In this document: one piece after another, positions 18,057 through 28,121 of the stretch | How positions within the stretch are numbered: the first letter of the stretch is position 1 | Layout of the letters: every line of letters starts with the position of its first letter | Notes under the pieces: generated by a model | What the model was told of the DNA's origin: nothing | The model's database searches: none | Seen by the model: the letters and a program-made list of their open reading frames with translations, nothing else | Made by a program: the position numbers and the translations under genes | NCBI GenBank assembly: GCA_041743715.1 | Contig: JBGTMH010000059.1 | Location: 1,608-65,607 of the forward strand | Length of the DNA: 64,000 nucleotides | Direction of reading: 5' to 3' | Source: Patescibacteria group bacterium | GTDB taxonomy: Bacteria > Patescibacteriota > Microgenomatia > Levybacterales > UBA12049

Positions 18057-19214
18057 ATGCATTATTTAAGAAAAAATCTTTCCGTTATTATAATTGTCTT
18101 CATTATTTCTACTCTGGTGATTACAATCTCTTTCCTTCATTCCGATGAGATATATAGTCTTATGGCGCGAGGACAACATCCTTCTCTGCAAATGAAAACA
18201 TTTGAACCACCTACAAGCGCTCCTACCTTGACAAGTACTCCTGTACCGACACGCGCCCCCACTGCCACAAATGCTCCAGCACCCAATAGTAATCCTGGCG
18301 GCAACAATAATCCTGGTTCAAGCGGGGGTACTGCGCCTGCGATCGACCCTAACACATCACAATCCAACCCTACAACTCCTGTTGTCGCGTCCAGCTGTTC
18401 TGATCAAGAAATTCAAAAACTCGTCGATAGTGTCTCAGAGCAAAATCTCAGAACCAATTTAGAAAATATAGCAGGGGGAAACGTCAGTCGGTATGTCGGT
18501 CAGCCTGGTAATCAGCAAAAAGCTGAGGTTATTAAACAATATATGGAAAGTGTCGGGTTAGCTTCATCTTTCCAACAATTTCAAGGAAACGGTCAAGCGC
18601 TTAATAATGTTATAGGTGACCTCCCCGGTCAGAATACAAATGAATACTTTGTTGTGTCAGCACATATAGACAGTATATCGGGTCCTAAAACACCTGCACC
18701 GGGCGCGGACGACAATGGTAGTGGTACGGTTGTGTTTATGGAAGCGGCGCGGGTGTTAAAAGGTTTTTCGCAGTGTATGAAAACCTCAGTTCAATTTGTC
18801 GGCTTTAACGCTGAAGAAGTCGGATTACTCGGCAGCAGACATTATGTACAAAATCTCGGTGGTAAAACAGTCAAAGGAAATTTCAATATTGATATGGTAG
18901 GCAATTCAACCGGCACAGATTGTGTCGATCATAATTATGTAGGGGGTACCAACAGTGAAACAATCAGTAATAAAATGCTGGAAGTTATTAAAAAATATAA
19001 TATTGGGCTCCAAGGGAAAACAAATCAGTTCTCAGCACCCAGTGACAATAAATCTTTCTCGAATAAAGGATTACCTGCGGTTTCTCTCCATGAATGTGTT
19101 CACAATCAAAAATTGCATACACTTGATGATACAACTCAAAATATCACATATAGTCAGATAACCAAAACAACAAAAGCTATTGTTGCGGCTGTCGCAGAAT
19201 TGGGAAGTAAATAA
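18057..19214 (+). CDS. M28-family zinc aminopeptidase, membrane-anchored/secreted
   Basis: Metal-ligand blocks are VVSAHIDS, PGADDNGSG and GFNAEEVGLLGSRHY. The N-terminus has a TM helix and a P/T/N-rich linker. Confidence 0.85.
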   Translation: MHYLRKNLSVIIIVFIISTLVITISFLHSDEIYSLMARGQHPSLQMKTFEPPTSAPTLTSTPVPTRAPTATNAPAPNSNPGGNNNPGSSGGTAPAIDPNTSQSNPTTPVVASSCSDQEIQKLVDSVSEQNLRTNLENIAGGNVSRYVGQPGNQQKAEVIKQYMESVGLASSFQQFQGNGQALNNVIGDLPGQNTNEYFVVSAHIDSISGPKTPAPGADDNGSGTVVFMEAARVLKGFSQCMKTSVQFVGFNAEEVGLLGSRHYVQNLGGKTVKGNFNIDMVGNSTGTDCVDHNYVGGTNSETISNKMLEVIKKYNIGLQGKTNQFSAPSDNKSFSNKGLPAVSLHECVHNQKLHTLDDTTQNITYSQITKTTKAIVAAVAELGSK

Positions 19215-19216
19215 CT

Positions 19217-19903
19217 ATGAAACTGAAATTAATTATCATAACAATTATCACGCTGCTTTCAGTACTCGTACCTGCGTCTATTCAAGCACAAGGAGCACAA
19301 AAAAATCTCTTTATTGCAACTGAATACCAGAATCGTCAAGAGTTAGATTTCTTATTTGTTACTAGTGTTCATCCGGTCGATACAATTCAAAGCCCATCAT
19401 TAAAAACTCCTTTTTTCATATCTATTGTGACACCGCAACAAAAAGCGGCAATAGAAAAAGCAGGGTATACTCCCAAAGTCATTGATGACGACGCAGGGGA
19501 ACTGACACGATATTATCTTTTTGAAAGTGAATTAGGAGGTGCTTTTCCTTCAAATACCGGATTTGAAATAGTTTACCCTTTTACTGATGTTATAACGTTG
19601 GTCAAATTGCCGCAAGGTGCGGATATGGAAGAATTACGCTCAGAGCCTCTCATCAGAATGCACATGATGCAATACGCATTCGATTTGGTTCTCCCAAAAA
19701 TTACTCAAGCTGCAGGAAGTGTTACTCCTTCTCTTATGCCTTCGCTAAAAGAAACTCCAAAAGAAAATAAAGGAATAATAATGTTGATTGTCGGTGTATT
19801 CGTTGTATCAATTGCGGCAATTGCTGTATATATTTATTACCGAAGAAAACAGCTGCGTCATGTTCATGAAACGAATACTATCCCTCCCGCACCTAAAGAG
19901 TAA
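19217..19903 (+). CDS. Hypothetical exported protein with C-terminal membrane anchor
   Basis: Signal peptide MKLKLIIITIITLLSVLVPASIQA and a C-terminal TM helix IIMLIVGVFVVSIAAIAVYIYY. Starts 3 nt after the M28 gene. Confidence 0.6.
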   Translation: MKLKLIIITIITLLSVLVPASIQAQGAQKNLFIATEYQNRQELDFLFVTSVHPVDTIQSPSLKTPFFISIVTPQQKAAIEKAGYTPKVIDDDAGELTRYYLFESELGGAFPSNTGFEIVYPFTDVITLVKLPQGADMEELRSEPLIRMHMMQYAFDLVLPKITQAAGSVTPSLMPSLKETPKENKGIIMLIVGVFVVSIAAIAVYIYYRRKQLRHVHETNTIPPAPKE

Positions 19904-19921
19904 TCAGTACCCCTCACTGAT

Positions 19922-21310
19922 TTATTTGTGAGGCTGTTTGATAAGAGTAATAGCCAGTATCATCGCTGTAACTACAAAGATTACGCCAGCCATAAATGCC
20001 CGGTCATAACCTTGAACCAACGCGGCTGTGCTATCTAGATGTGTTGCAGATGCTGTGGTAGAGGCGGCTATACCGGTGAGTACTGCCAGTCCCAGTGCGC
20101 CACCCATTTGTTGTGAGGTATTGATTAACCCAGATGCAAGACCTGAATCTTTCGGTGGTACACCTGTTGTTGCGGCGACGATGAGTGGCATAAAGGTCAT
20201 GCCGACACCGATCGGCATGAGGATGAGCGTAGGGAGGAGATCAATCAGATAGTTTCCTTCAACTGGAAGTCTGGTGAGCCACGCCATGGCAATTGCAACC
20301 AAAAGAGGACCGATGATCAAGAAAGGTTTGTATCCGAATTGAGAAACATACCGTGGTATTCGATTGGATACAAAGCCAAGTATTATTGGAAAAGGTAAAA
20401 AGCTCAGTCCCGTCATAACTGGCGAGTAGTGCATGACTTCCTGAATATAGAGTGAAGTGAGAAAGAACATTCCCATCATTCCAGCCATTATAGGTGCCAT
20501 CATGACATTGGCACCTGTCACATTACTAATTTTAAAAATCGTCAGAGGCATGAGGGGATGCTTGCTTCGTGATTCGTTAAAAACAAATGCGGCGAGTAAG
20601 ACGAGCGCTCCTGCAATAGTGCCCAGCGTTGCACCACTCAACCATCCCCAAACAGGAGCCTGACTGAGCGCAAAGACAAGCGTGATTAAACCGCTTGTAA
20701 CCAGGATCGCGCCTGGCAAGTCTAAATTGGTATGTTTGTTTTCTTTTTTCTCAACAGGAACGAATTTCAGAATTCCGATCATGACAAGAATACCAATCGG
20801 AACATTAACAAAGAAATCCCATCGCCAGCCCAAGTATTGCGTTAAGACACCACCAAGAAGCAGACCTACAGCGGCCCCTCCAGTTGATACTAATGTCCAA
20901 TATCCTAATGCTTTGTTACGTTCTGCCCCCTCACTGAAGGTCGTTAGTACAATTGACAGTGCAGAAGGTGACATAAACGCTCCAGCGAGACCCTGGAGCG
21001 CGCGTAGGACAATTAACATGACCGCTGATTGCGCGAGCCCGATCAGTAATGAAAATAACGTAAAGCCGGCCGTCCCAATCAGTAATACGCGCCTCCGTCC
21101 AAATAAATCAGCCGCTCGACCACCGAAAAGTAAAAAGCCACCAAAAGTAAGTGCGTATGCAGTAATGACCCATTGTAATGAACTGTCGCTAAAGTTCAGA
21201 TCTTGTTTTATTGTCAGAAGCGCGACGTTGGCAATTGCAACATCAAGCACAACCATGAATTGTGATACTGCCATGAGGATGAAGATAAGCCAGGGTGATT
21301 GCTGTTTCAT
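19922..21310 (-). CDS. MFS transporter, DHA2 (EmrB/QacA-like, 14-TM) drug:H+ antiporter family
   Basis: Polytopic protein with GGRAADLFGRRRVLL (MFS motif A-like) and a length typical of 14-TMS DHA2 members. Confidence 0.85.
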   Translation of the reverse strand: MKQQSPWLIFILMAVSQFMVVLDVAIANVALLTIKQDLNFSDSSLQWVITAYALTFGGFLLFGGRAADLFGRRRVLLIGTAGFTLFSLLIGLAQSAVMLIVLRALQGLAGAFMSPSALSIVLTTFSEGAERNKALGYWTLVSTGGAAVGLLLGGVLTQYLGWRWDFFVNVPIGILVMIGILKFVPVEKKENKHTNLDLPGAILVTSGLITLVFALSQAPVWGWLSGATLGTIAGALVLLAAFVFNESRSKHPLMPLTIFKISNVTGANVMMAPIMAGMMGMFFLTSLYIQEVMHYSPVMTGLSFLPFPIILGFVSNRIPRYVSQFGYKPFLIIGPLLVAIAMAWLTRLPVEGNYLIDLLPTLILMPIGVGMTFMPLIVAATTGVPPKDSGLASGLINTSQQMGGALGLAVLTGIAASTTASATHLDSTAALVQGYDRAFMAGVIFVVTAMILAITLIKQPHK

Positions 21311-21362
21311 AGGTATATTTATTAGTTGAGACCAAAAACTATTTAACTATAAATAATTGAAG

Positions 21363-21392
21363 TTGTCAAGTATTGATGCAGTGTAGTATAAT
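21363..21392 (+). promoter_or_regulatory. marR promoter TTGTCA-18-TATAAT ending 6 nt before GTG 21399
   Basis: TTGTCA at 21363-21368 and TATAAT at 21387-21392. It lies in the divergent MFS/MarR intergenic region. Confidence 0.6.
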
Positions 21393-21398
21393 GCAGAC

Positions 21399-21836
21399 GT
21401 GACGAATCTCCAATTATATGATAATTTGAACTGGTTGTTACTGCGTGTATCTGTTCGCGCCAAACAAGGATTAATTAAATTATCTGAGGAGTATAATTTG
21501 ACCGTCATGCAAGCTTTTACGCTCTGTTTGCTTACACCCGGGAATTCAGTGCCAATGCATTCTATTTCTGGCATGTTGTGTTGTGATGCTTCAAACGTAA
21601 CAGGTATCGTTGATCGACTGGTGAAGAATTCATACATTGAACGTAAAGAAAGCAATACAGACCGCCGTGTCAATAGCATTACTTTGACTCAAAAAGGGAT
21701 CGAGGTCCGTTCTGAGTTCCTAAAAAAAATTACAGAAAAAGATTTGCCAAGTTTTAAAAGCCTCACACACGATGAAATCAAAACCCTTAAGAGTTTATTA
21801 ATCAAGGCCTCAACAGATCTCCCGAATGCTCAATAG
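21399..21836 (+). CDS. MarR-family transcriptional regulator (divergent from the MFS pump)
   Basis: Winged-helix block LTVMQAFTLCLL...DASNVTGIVDRLVKNSYIERKESNTDRRVNSITLTQKG. GTG start. Confidence 0.85.
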   Translation: MTNLQLYDNLNWLLLRVSVRAKQGLIKLSEEYNLTVMQAFTLCLLTPGNSVPMHSISGMLCCDASNVTGIVDRLVKNSYIERKESNTDRRVNSITLTQKGIEVRSEFLKKITEKDLPSFKSLTHDEIKTLKSLLIKASTDLPNAQ

Positions 21837-21967
21837 TCGCTCCGTTGAAACGTACTGTTAGGTATGCAATAACTTGTCAGTATTTTGCGGCTTTCAAAAC
21901 AGAAATTTTCATGTTAGAATTAATCCTATAGCTCGCTTATTGAGGGTATTTTTGCTATAATACCCGT

Positions 21968-24238
21968 ATGTCTATAATGCTTACGAACACAGTTGGAAAT
22001 ATTTCAATTATTGTCGCAGTTGGTAAAAAGAAAATTAATGTTCCGTCGTATATTGAAACTATTAAACATGCGTTATCTGAGCTAAATAATGAGCAAAAAT
22101 ATCCCATAACGTATGAAATTATCTTTGTTACAAACGACCCCAAGACAATAGCTTTAGAAGATGTTGAAGTGTATCCACTGAGTGGGTCAATTCGTATATA
22201 TGTTGAAAAAGAACATGTAGGAAAGGCGATGCTCTTTACCAAAGGTGTGGTTCTCGCAAAACATGATATAGTAATTGCTCTTGATGTCGGATTACAACTA
22301 CCGCATGCGACCTTAAAGGATATACTGAGTGAGATACAGAATGGTACTGACGTGGTTGCTGCTTTGCAGAATGAACAAACCCCGGGTGAAAAAAGTAACG
22401 TTTTCCAACAAATAACAAATTCATTTTTATTGAGAGTACAGAAGAATCCTCAAGCAGGAGCATTAGTTTTTAAAAAGTATGTTTGGGAAACGCTGAAGCA
22501 GACCACATTTTTAGATAAAACATTCGCAATCGAATTCCTTCATAAAGCGAATGAGGCAGGATTCAGTGTTATCCGCTATGATATTGCTCACGAGAATCGT
22601 GTTGTATTACCCCGCGTTAGAAAAGTCACGCGTACTATCAACGCTGCATTTTTACTTTTACTAATGAAATTGAAAAAAGTCCGACCTATCCCGACTCTTT
22701 CTACTGAAAAAGGCTCCCAAGTAAACGCTGGTGTCCGGTATAAAAAACAACATTATATTACGCATTCCACACTTTCATATAAAGATTCTGCTATCGATTC
22801 ATTTACTTTGAACCAAGTATTTTTTTATCTTTTGTGTTTTGAATTAATTCTTCTTGGATTTCGATATAATATCATTTTGTTAGCACAAGTTATTTTTGCC
22901 TGTCTGAGTTTTATTTACTTACTCGATGTCGTTTTTAATATTTTCCTGGTTTATAAAACCATCCGCGGATCAAGTGAAATAACATTTACAAAAGAAGAGC
23001 TTGCACAGCTACCTGACTCAACACTTCCTATCTATACGATTCTCTGCCCACTGTATAAAGAAGCTCATATGCTTGCGCCATTTATAGAAGGTATCGCAAA
23101 AATAGAATATCCCAAAGACAAACTCGATGTCATGCTTCTTTTGGAGGAAGATGATGTTGCTAGTATCCAAACAATCGGAAAAATGCATTTGCCAGGATAT
23201 GTGCGAACACTGGTTGTGCCTGCTTCGCAACCGAAAACCAAACCAAAGGCATGTAATTATGGACTGGCTTTTGCTCGCGGTGAATACGTCGTTATCTTTG
23301 ATGCCGAAGATATACCTGACCCAATGCAATTAAAAAAAGCATATATTGGTTTCCAAAAATCTGATAGAAAGGTGGTATGTTTACAGGCAAAATTAAATTA
23401 TCATAATACCAATCAAAATCTCCTCACACGATTTTTTACCGCTGAATATTCATGGTTATTTGATGTCTCACTTCCTGGTCTTCAGTCATTAAGCACAATT
23501 ATTCCGCTCGGAGGAACGAGTAATCATTTCAGGACTGTTGATTTGAATACTCTGAATGGTTGGGATCCATTTAATGTTACTGAAGATGCTGATTTGGGAC
23601 TGAGGATATTTAAAAAAGGGTATCGTACAGCAATTATTGATTCGGTAACGCTCGAAGAAGCAAATAGTAATGTAGGAAATTGGATCAGACAACGGTCACG
23701 TTGGGTAAAAGGGTATATGCAAACCTATCTCGTGCATACCCGGGAAACATTGCCATTTATTAGACAGAGAGGATTTCAAGCACTGATGTTGCATGTTGTC
23801 ATCGGACAAAGGATATTATTTATTTTTGTTAACCCCCTGTTGTGGATTGTGACAATTGCGTATTTTACATTTCATGGTGTTTTTGGAACTATCATCGAGC
23901 AGACATACCCTCCAATAATTTTATATACCGCCGTAATATCACTTGTTTTTGGAAATTATTTGTATATTTTGGGGTATATTTTAGGATGTGTAAAACGTGG
24001 GCAGTGGGGACTTATAAAATATGTGTATTTTATCCCATTCTATTTATTATTGATAAGTGTTGCAGGTTGTATGGCATTTTATCAACTCATCTTCAAACCC
24101 CATTATTGGGAAAAAACAGTTCATGGGCTCCATCTTGTTCAGAAAAAGAAGAAATCTTCAGGTGGTCTTAAATTACCTGATTTTTCATTGCCCACAATTA
24201 CTCCAGAAAGACCAGCACTCGCGGATAAATTAGCATAA
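21968..24238 (+). CDS. Processive family-2 glycosyltransferase (cellulose/chitin/hyaluronan-synthase-like) with an extra N-terminal GT2-like domain
   Basis: Motifs are YTILCPLYKE, DAEDIPDP (DxD), TEDADLGLR (TED) and QRSRWVKG (QxxRW), plus flanking TM helices. The N-terminal ~230 aa form a degenerate second GT-A-like domain. Confidence 0.85.
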   Translation: MSIMLTNTVGNISIIVAVGKKKINVPSYIETIKHALSELNNEQKYPITYEIIFVTNDPKTIALEDVEVYPLSGSIRIYVEKEHVGKAMLFTKGVVLAKHDIVIALDVGLQLPHATLKDILSEIQNGTDVVAALQNEQTPGEKSNVFQQITNSFLLRVQKNPQAGALVFKKYVWETLKQTTFLDKTFAIEFLHKANEAGFSVIRYDIAHENRVVLPRVRKVTRTINAAFLLLLMKLKKVRPIPTLSTEKGSQVNAGVRYKKQHYITHSTLSYKDSAIDSFTLNQVFFYLLCFELILLGFRYNIILLAQVIFACLSFIYLLDVVFNIFLVYKTIRGSSEITFTKEELAQLPDSTLPIYTILCPLYKEAHMLAPFIEGIAKIEYPKDKLDVMLLLEEDDVASIQTIGKMHLPGYVRTLVVPASQPKTKPKACNYGLAFARGEYVVIFDAEDIPDPMQLKKAYIGFQKSDRKVVCLQAKLNYHNTNQNLLTRFFTAEYSWLFDVSLPGLQSLSTIIPLGGTSNHFRTVDLNTLNGWDPFNVTEDADLGLRIFKKGYRTAIIDSVTLEEANSNVGNWIRQRSRWVKGYMQTYLVHTRETLPFIRQRGFQALMLHVVIGQRILFIFVNPLLWIVTIAYFTFHGVFGTIIEQTYPPIILYTAVISLVFGNYLYILGYILGCVKRGQWGLIKYVYFIPFYLLLISVAGCMAFYQLIFKPHYWEKTVHGLHLVQKKKKSSGGLKLPDFSLPTITPERPALADKLA

Positions 24239-24240
24239 AA

Positions 24241-25878
24241 ATGAAAAAATTCCTATCCATTATCAAAAAGTATTGTAGTGAGCATACCGATACAGTGTTA
24301 TTTATTATCACATCTGTTATTAGTCTCAGTGCAATTATTTATTTTGTCCTTAATGGTAATCAGAATTTAGGAAATTATGATGCTGTTGCCCGGCTTAATA
24401 TTTCTCGTAAAATTATCGATAGTCTGACGCCTGGGGTTGGGCAGCTCGGTGGTGTTTGGTTACCATTTCCACAAATTTTGATGACACCACTGGTCAGAAT
24501 TGACTATCTCTGGCATACAGGGCTTGCCGGCGCTATTGTCTCAGGTACATCATTTGTCTTCGGTGCTGTGTATTTGCAAAAAACTGCTTATCTATTAACA
24601 AAGAATATACAAGCATCACTTCTAGTGTGGTTTATGTTTATTGCCAACATCAATATCCTTTTTCTGCAGACAATGGCCCTGAGTGAGATGTTCTTTATGA
24701 TGTGTCTTATTATGATTTTGTATTTTTTGACGAAGTGGGTTGAGAGTCAAAGTTTGGTCCATTTTTTATCAGCAGCTTTTTTTGTTATGTTGATTACACT
24801 CACTCGGTATGAAGGGTATTTTGTTTTGGTTGGGTCCGCGCTTGCTGTTTTGATTATATGCATACAGTCATACTGGAAGGAAGGTTGGCAAAAGATAGAG
24901 GGTATGGTTTTGTTGTATCTGACAGTCGCTGGTTTGGGTGTTGTGCTATGGTGTATCTATTGTTTTCTCTTTTACAATGATCCTTTACATTGGCTTCATC
25001 TCTATTCGGAAGGAAAAATGCAAGTCTCCACGGCGACACAATCAGTTCTCGATACGAACGCGCCTGTTTTTGAGGTCACCGGTTTTTCGCTAGCCACTGC
25101 ATTTACAACATATTCGGATGCTATTTTATGGACGAATGGCAAAATAACAACCTTTCTGGGCATTTTTGGTTTTCTGACACTACTCTTTGTGGCAGGGAAA
25201 AATCTTTGGAGAAAAAAATCGATAAGGAAATATGTGCCACTTTTAATAATTAGTGTCGCTTTATTTGGATTTTTGGTCTATGGGTATCAGAAAGGATTTA
25301 TTCCACCTATGGATCTGCCCCCTACACTTATTCCGGTAGAGGCAAGGAAGTCATTTACTATTTATTCGGATTCAAACATCAGGTATGGTATAATTCTAGC
25401 TCCGTGCATTATTTTGTTAGCCGGTTTTGCAGCCTCAAGAGGGAGATTGCTTTATTTTATCGTTATAATATTATTTGGTGTTCAGATATTTGCAAATGCG
25501 TACAGACCACAATCATTACAGTATTCCTTACCGATATTATGGCCATATTCGACAGTTGCAGGTGTGCAGGCATTTACCGTTCTTTATGATCAGGGGCTAA
25601 TCCTGATTAGTGCAAACGCACACGAGGATTTTATGTTCCAGGCAAAATTGCCTTACGACAGATTTATTTATGAAGGATCGCGTGACTACTGGACAGAATC
25701 ACTTAACAATCCCGCAAAATATGCTGAGTGGGTTATCTTTGACGATGATATTCAGGGAGATACAGTAAATTACTTTTTAACACCAGAGGCACGAGGTATA
25801 CTCGATGCAAAGTTTGATCTATTATATAATAATGATGGCTTTCAAATATATCGTTTACGGGAAACAGCTATAAAATAA
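24241..25878 (+). CDS. Polytopic membrane protein, GT-C/ArnT-PMT-like (tentative)
   Basis: At least 10 predicted TM helices followed by a C-terminal soluble domain. Starts 3 nt after the synthase gene. No catalytic motif was verified. Confidence 0.5.
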   Translation: MKKFLSIIKKYCSEHTDTVLFIITSVISLSAIIYFVLNGNQNLGNYDAVARLNISRKIIDSLTPGVGQLGGVWLPFPQILMTPLVRIDYLWHTGLAGAIVSGTSFVFGAVYLQKTAYLLTKNIQASLLVWFMFIANINILFLQTMALSEMFFMMCLIMILYFLTKWVESQSLVHFLSAAFFVMLITLTRYEGYFVLVGSALAVLIICIQSYWKEGWQKIEGMVLLYLTVAGLGVVLWCIYCFLFYNDPLHWLHLYSEGKMQVSTATQSVLDTNAPVFEVTGFSLATAFTTYSDAILWTNGKITTFLGIFGFLTLLFVAGKNLWRKKSIRKYVPLLIISVALFGFLVYGYQKGFIPPMDLPPTLIPVEARKSFTIYSDSNIRYGIILAPCIILLAGFAASRGRLLYFIVIILFGVQIFANAYRPQSLQYSLPILWPYSTVAGVQAFTVLYDQGLILISANAHEDFMFQAKLPYDRFIYEGSRDYWTESLNNPAKYAEWVIFDDDIQGDTVNYFLTPEARGILDAKFDLLYNNDGFQIYRLRETAIK

Positions 25879-26909
25879 TGAAAAAAAAATATTTATATAT
25901 TATACTAATACTTGTGTTTCTTTTTTTATGTATTACGATTCTTTCGAGTATGTCAAATACTAATGTGCCAGATAATTTTGTTACAGCAAAAGGGAAAGAT
26001 TTATATATCGGTTCTCAAAAATATCGTTCAGTCGGTGTCAATAGATATAATCTTTTAACCCATGAGACTCGAAACGGGAGACTCGGTTGCGCCAGTCCCT
26101 TTACAGAAGAAGAAATAGATACGATGTTTTCCCAAATGCAACAGTTGGGGATAACGACCGTGAGATTTTGGTTATTCCAAAGCGCGACAAAAAGCGGTGA
26201 AGATTTGACGCGACTCGATTATGTCATAACAGTTGCAGATAAATATGGCATAAAACTGATTCCGGTCTTTGAAAACCATTGGCATAATTGTACAGAAGGA
26301 GCTGATAAAACTCCTTCATGGTACGCATCAGGATATCTTTCTCCCTCTGGAGGAGACCCGCTTTCTCTCAAGGATTATATGGGAAAAATTATACCAAGGT
26401 ATAAAAATAATCCGACAATTTTAAGTTGGGAGATTATTAACGAAGCGCGGGAGGCGGACGAGCGCGATCTTTACGCATTTGCACAAGATGTCAGTCAATA
26501 TATCAAATCGCTTGATTCTGCGCATATGGTAAGTCTCAGTATGAGCACTCCCAAAGAAGCAAAGTCTGATTATAAAACCATACGCACGATTGAGACTATC
26601 GATATCCTTGACTATCATGATTATCATGAGGATACAGATCCATTACCAGCCAGCCTGTTGGATCATCTTAAAGACTCAAAAGCGCATAATAAGCCATTAC
26701 TCGTTGGTGAGTCAGGAATTAAAATAACGGAAAGTGACAGACCCAATTTATTTCGCGCAAAAATGAATGCCTTTTTCGAAAATGGGGGAGATATCTACAT
26801 GATATGGTCCTATGGCGAAAGCTATGTAACCAATGATGGTTACAATTTTGACATCTCCGATCCTCTTGCTGAAGTAGTTAAAAATACTGCAAGAGAAATT
26901 AAAAAATAA
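25878..26909 (+). CDS. Glycoside hydrolase family 5 (endo-beta-glycanase), signal-anchored
   Basis: ILSWEIINEAR carries the acid/base Glu in an N-E context. LLVGESG carries the nucleophile Glu. Its start overlaps the stop of the upstream gene. Confidence 0.8.
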   Translation: MKKKYLYIILILVFLFLCITILSSMSNTNVPDNFVTAKGKDLYIGSQKYRSVGVNRYNLLTHETRNGRLGCASPFTEEEIDTMFSQMQQLGITTVRFWLFQSATKSGEDLTRLDYVITVADKYGIKLIPVFENHWHNCTEGADKTPSWYASGYLSPSGGDPLSLKDYMGKIIPRYKNNPTILSWEIINEAREADERDLYAFAQDVSQYIKSLDSAHMVSLSMSTPKEAKSDYKTIRTIETIDILDYHDYHEDTDPLPASLLDHLKDSKAHNKPLLVGESGIKITESDRPNLFRAKMNAFFENGGDIYMIWSYGESYVTNDGYNFDISDPLAEVVKNTAREIKK

Positions 26910-26935
26910 GTTAGAATTTTATATACAACTAACAT

Positions 26936-27643
26936 ATGGATAAATCCTTGATAAAGATTTGGAATGAGAGTTCAAAAGGGATTCCTTTCGATAAAGATCC
27001 ATCATATTATGCCATAGAACAGGAAAAACTATTTCATCAAAACTCTTTAGTAGTGGATTTAGGTGGGGGACAGGGTGATGACGCAATTTATTTCGTCAAG
27101 AGGGGTCATAAAGTAACGATTATTGATATATCCGATGCTGCTCTGAAAAATGCTAAGAGAAAATTCAAAGAAAAGAAGTTAGATGTAAATCTCTTAAAGA
27201 CGATACAATGTGATTTAAGCGAGGGAGAGATTCCATTAGAGGATGAAATAGCAGATGTTGTTTATGCAAGGCTTTCTTTGCACTATTTTCCTCGGGACAT
27301 AACAGTCCATTTGTTTACAGAAATATTTAGGGTTTTAAAGATGAATGGTATTGCCTTTATAACGCTAAAATCTTCTAAAGATGAGGAAGAAATGAGTTTT
27401 TTAAAAAAGAGCACGAACGAAATAGCGCCAGGCATATTTCAAGAAAAAGATGGACAGATAAAAAGTAGATATACTATGAAGCAACTGGAAGCGATGTTGT
27501 CAGAAGCAAAAGCTTTGCATCATGTTACAAAAATCGGTGACTATGTAGAAAAATTTGCTGGAAGGAAAGACAGAGTTAAATCAGGAAAAAACGAGCTTAT
27601 TCTTACTGAAATAATTTTAGAAAAACGGATTGCGGTTGAGTAA
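26936..27643 (+). CDS. Class I SAM-dependent methyltransferase
   Basis: Motif I VVDLGGGQGDDAIYF, followed by an acidic residue (IIDISD). Confidence 0.8.
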   Translation: MDKSLIKIWNESSKGIPFDKDPSYYAIEQEKLFHQNSLVVDLGGGQGDDAIYFVKRGHKVTIIDISDAALKNAKRKFKEKKLDVNLLKTIQCDLSEGEIPLEDEIADVVYARLSLHYFPRDITVHLFTEIFRVLKMNGIAFITLKSSKDEEEMSFLKKSTNEIAPGIFQEKDGQIKSRYTMKQLEAMLSEAKALHHVTKIGDYVEKFAGRKDRVKSGKNELILTEIILEKRIAVE

Positions 27644-27675
27644 TTCTATTTTTGAGACTATAGTTTCGCTTTCAA

Positions 27676-28119
27676 TTATAAAAATTTAGTCATCTCAATA
27701 AAATCTTTATGAAAGAAATGATTGGGGAGGTCTCCGGTTTTTTTGTATCCAAGTGATTTATAGAATGTAGTAGCTTCCCAATTTTCTCCTGTATGTAAGT
27801 ATATTTTATGAGCATTGTGTTTCTTTGCAATTTCTTCAGTTTTATTTAATAATAATTTCCCAATCCCTTTATTTCTTTTTTTTCTTGCTACAATAAACAT
27901 ATCAATGTACGCAACGTCTGCAATGATTACAAAAACTAATGAACCGGCGATTTCGTTATTATCATATATTTCTAAAGTAAAATGTTTGGATTTCCATGAT
28001 TCCCAGGGAGTTGGTTTACCATAATGTGCCAGATCTTCATGAGCCCATTCTTTTTTATGGAATTCCTCAAGCCCTTTACTTCCTTTTTTGGTTATCTTTA
28101 TTTTCATAAACATGTACAC
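27676..28119 (-). CDS. GNAT-family N-acetyltransferase
   Basis: Acetyl-CoA binding block VARKKRNKGIGKLLLNKTEEIAKK. Confidence 0.8.
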   Translation of the reverse strand: MYMFMKIKITKKGSKGLEEFHKKEWAHEDLAHYGKPTPWESWKSKHFTLEIYDNNEIAGSLVFVIIADVAYIDMFIVARKKRNKGIGKLLLNKTEEIAKKHNAHKIYLHTGENWEATTFYKSLGYKKTGDLPNHFFHKDFIEMTKFL

Positions 28120-28121
28120 AA

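Noticed and set aside
17750-18058. 102-aa minus-strand ORF
   Set aside because: It has an odd composition, no start-site signals, and overlaps the promoter of the M28 peptidase gene. Only its last ~25 residues are TM-like. It is not called.
20682-21329. 215-aa + strand ORF
   Set aside because: It lies entirely antisense to the MFS transporter gene. The low-complexity Pro/Ser/Ala product is typical of the reverse frame of a membrane protein.
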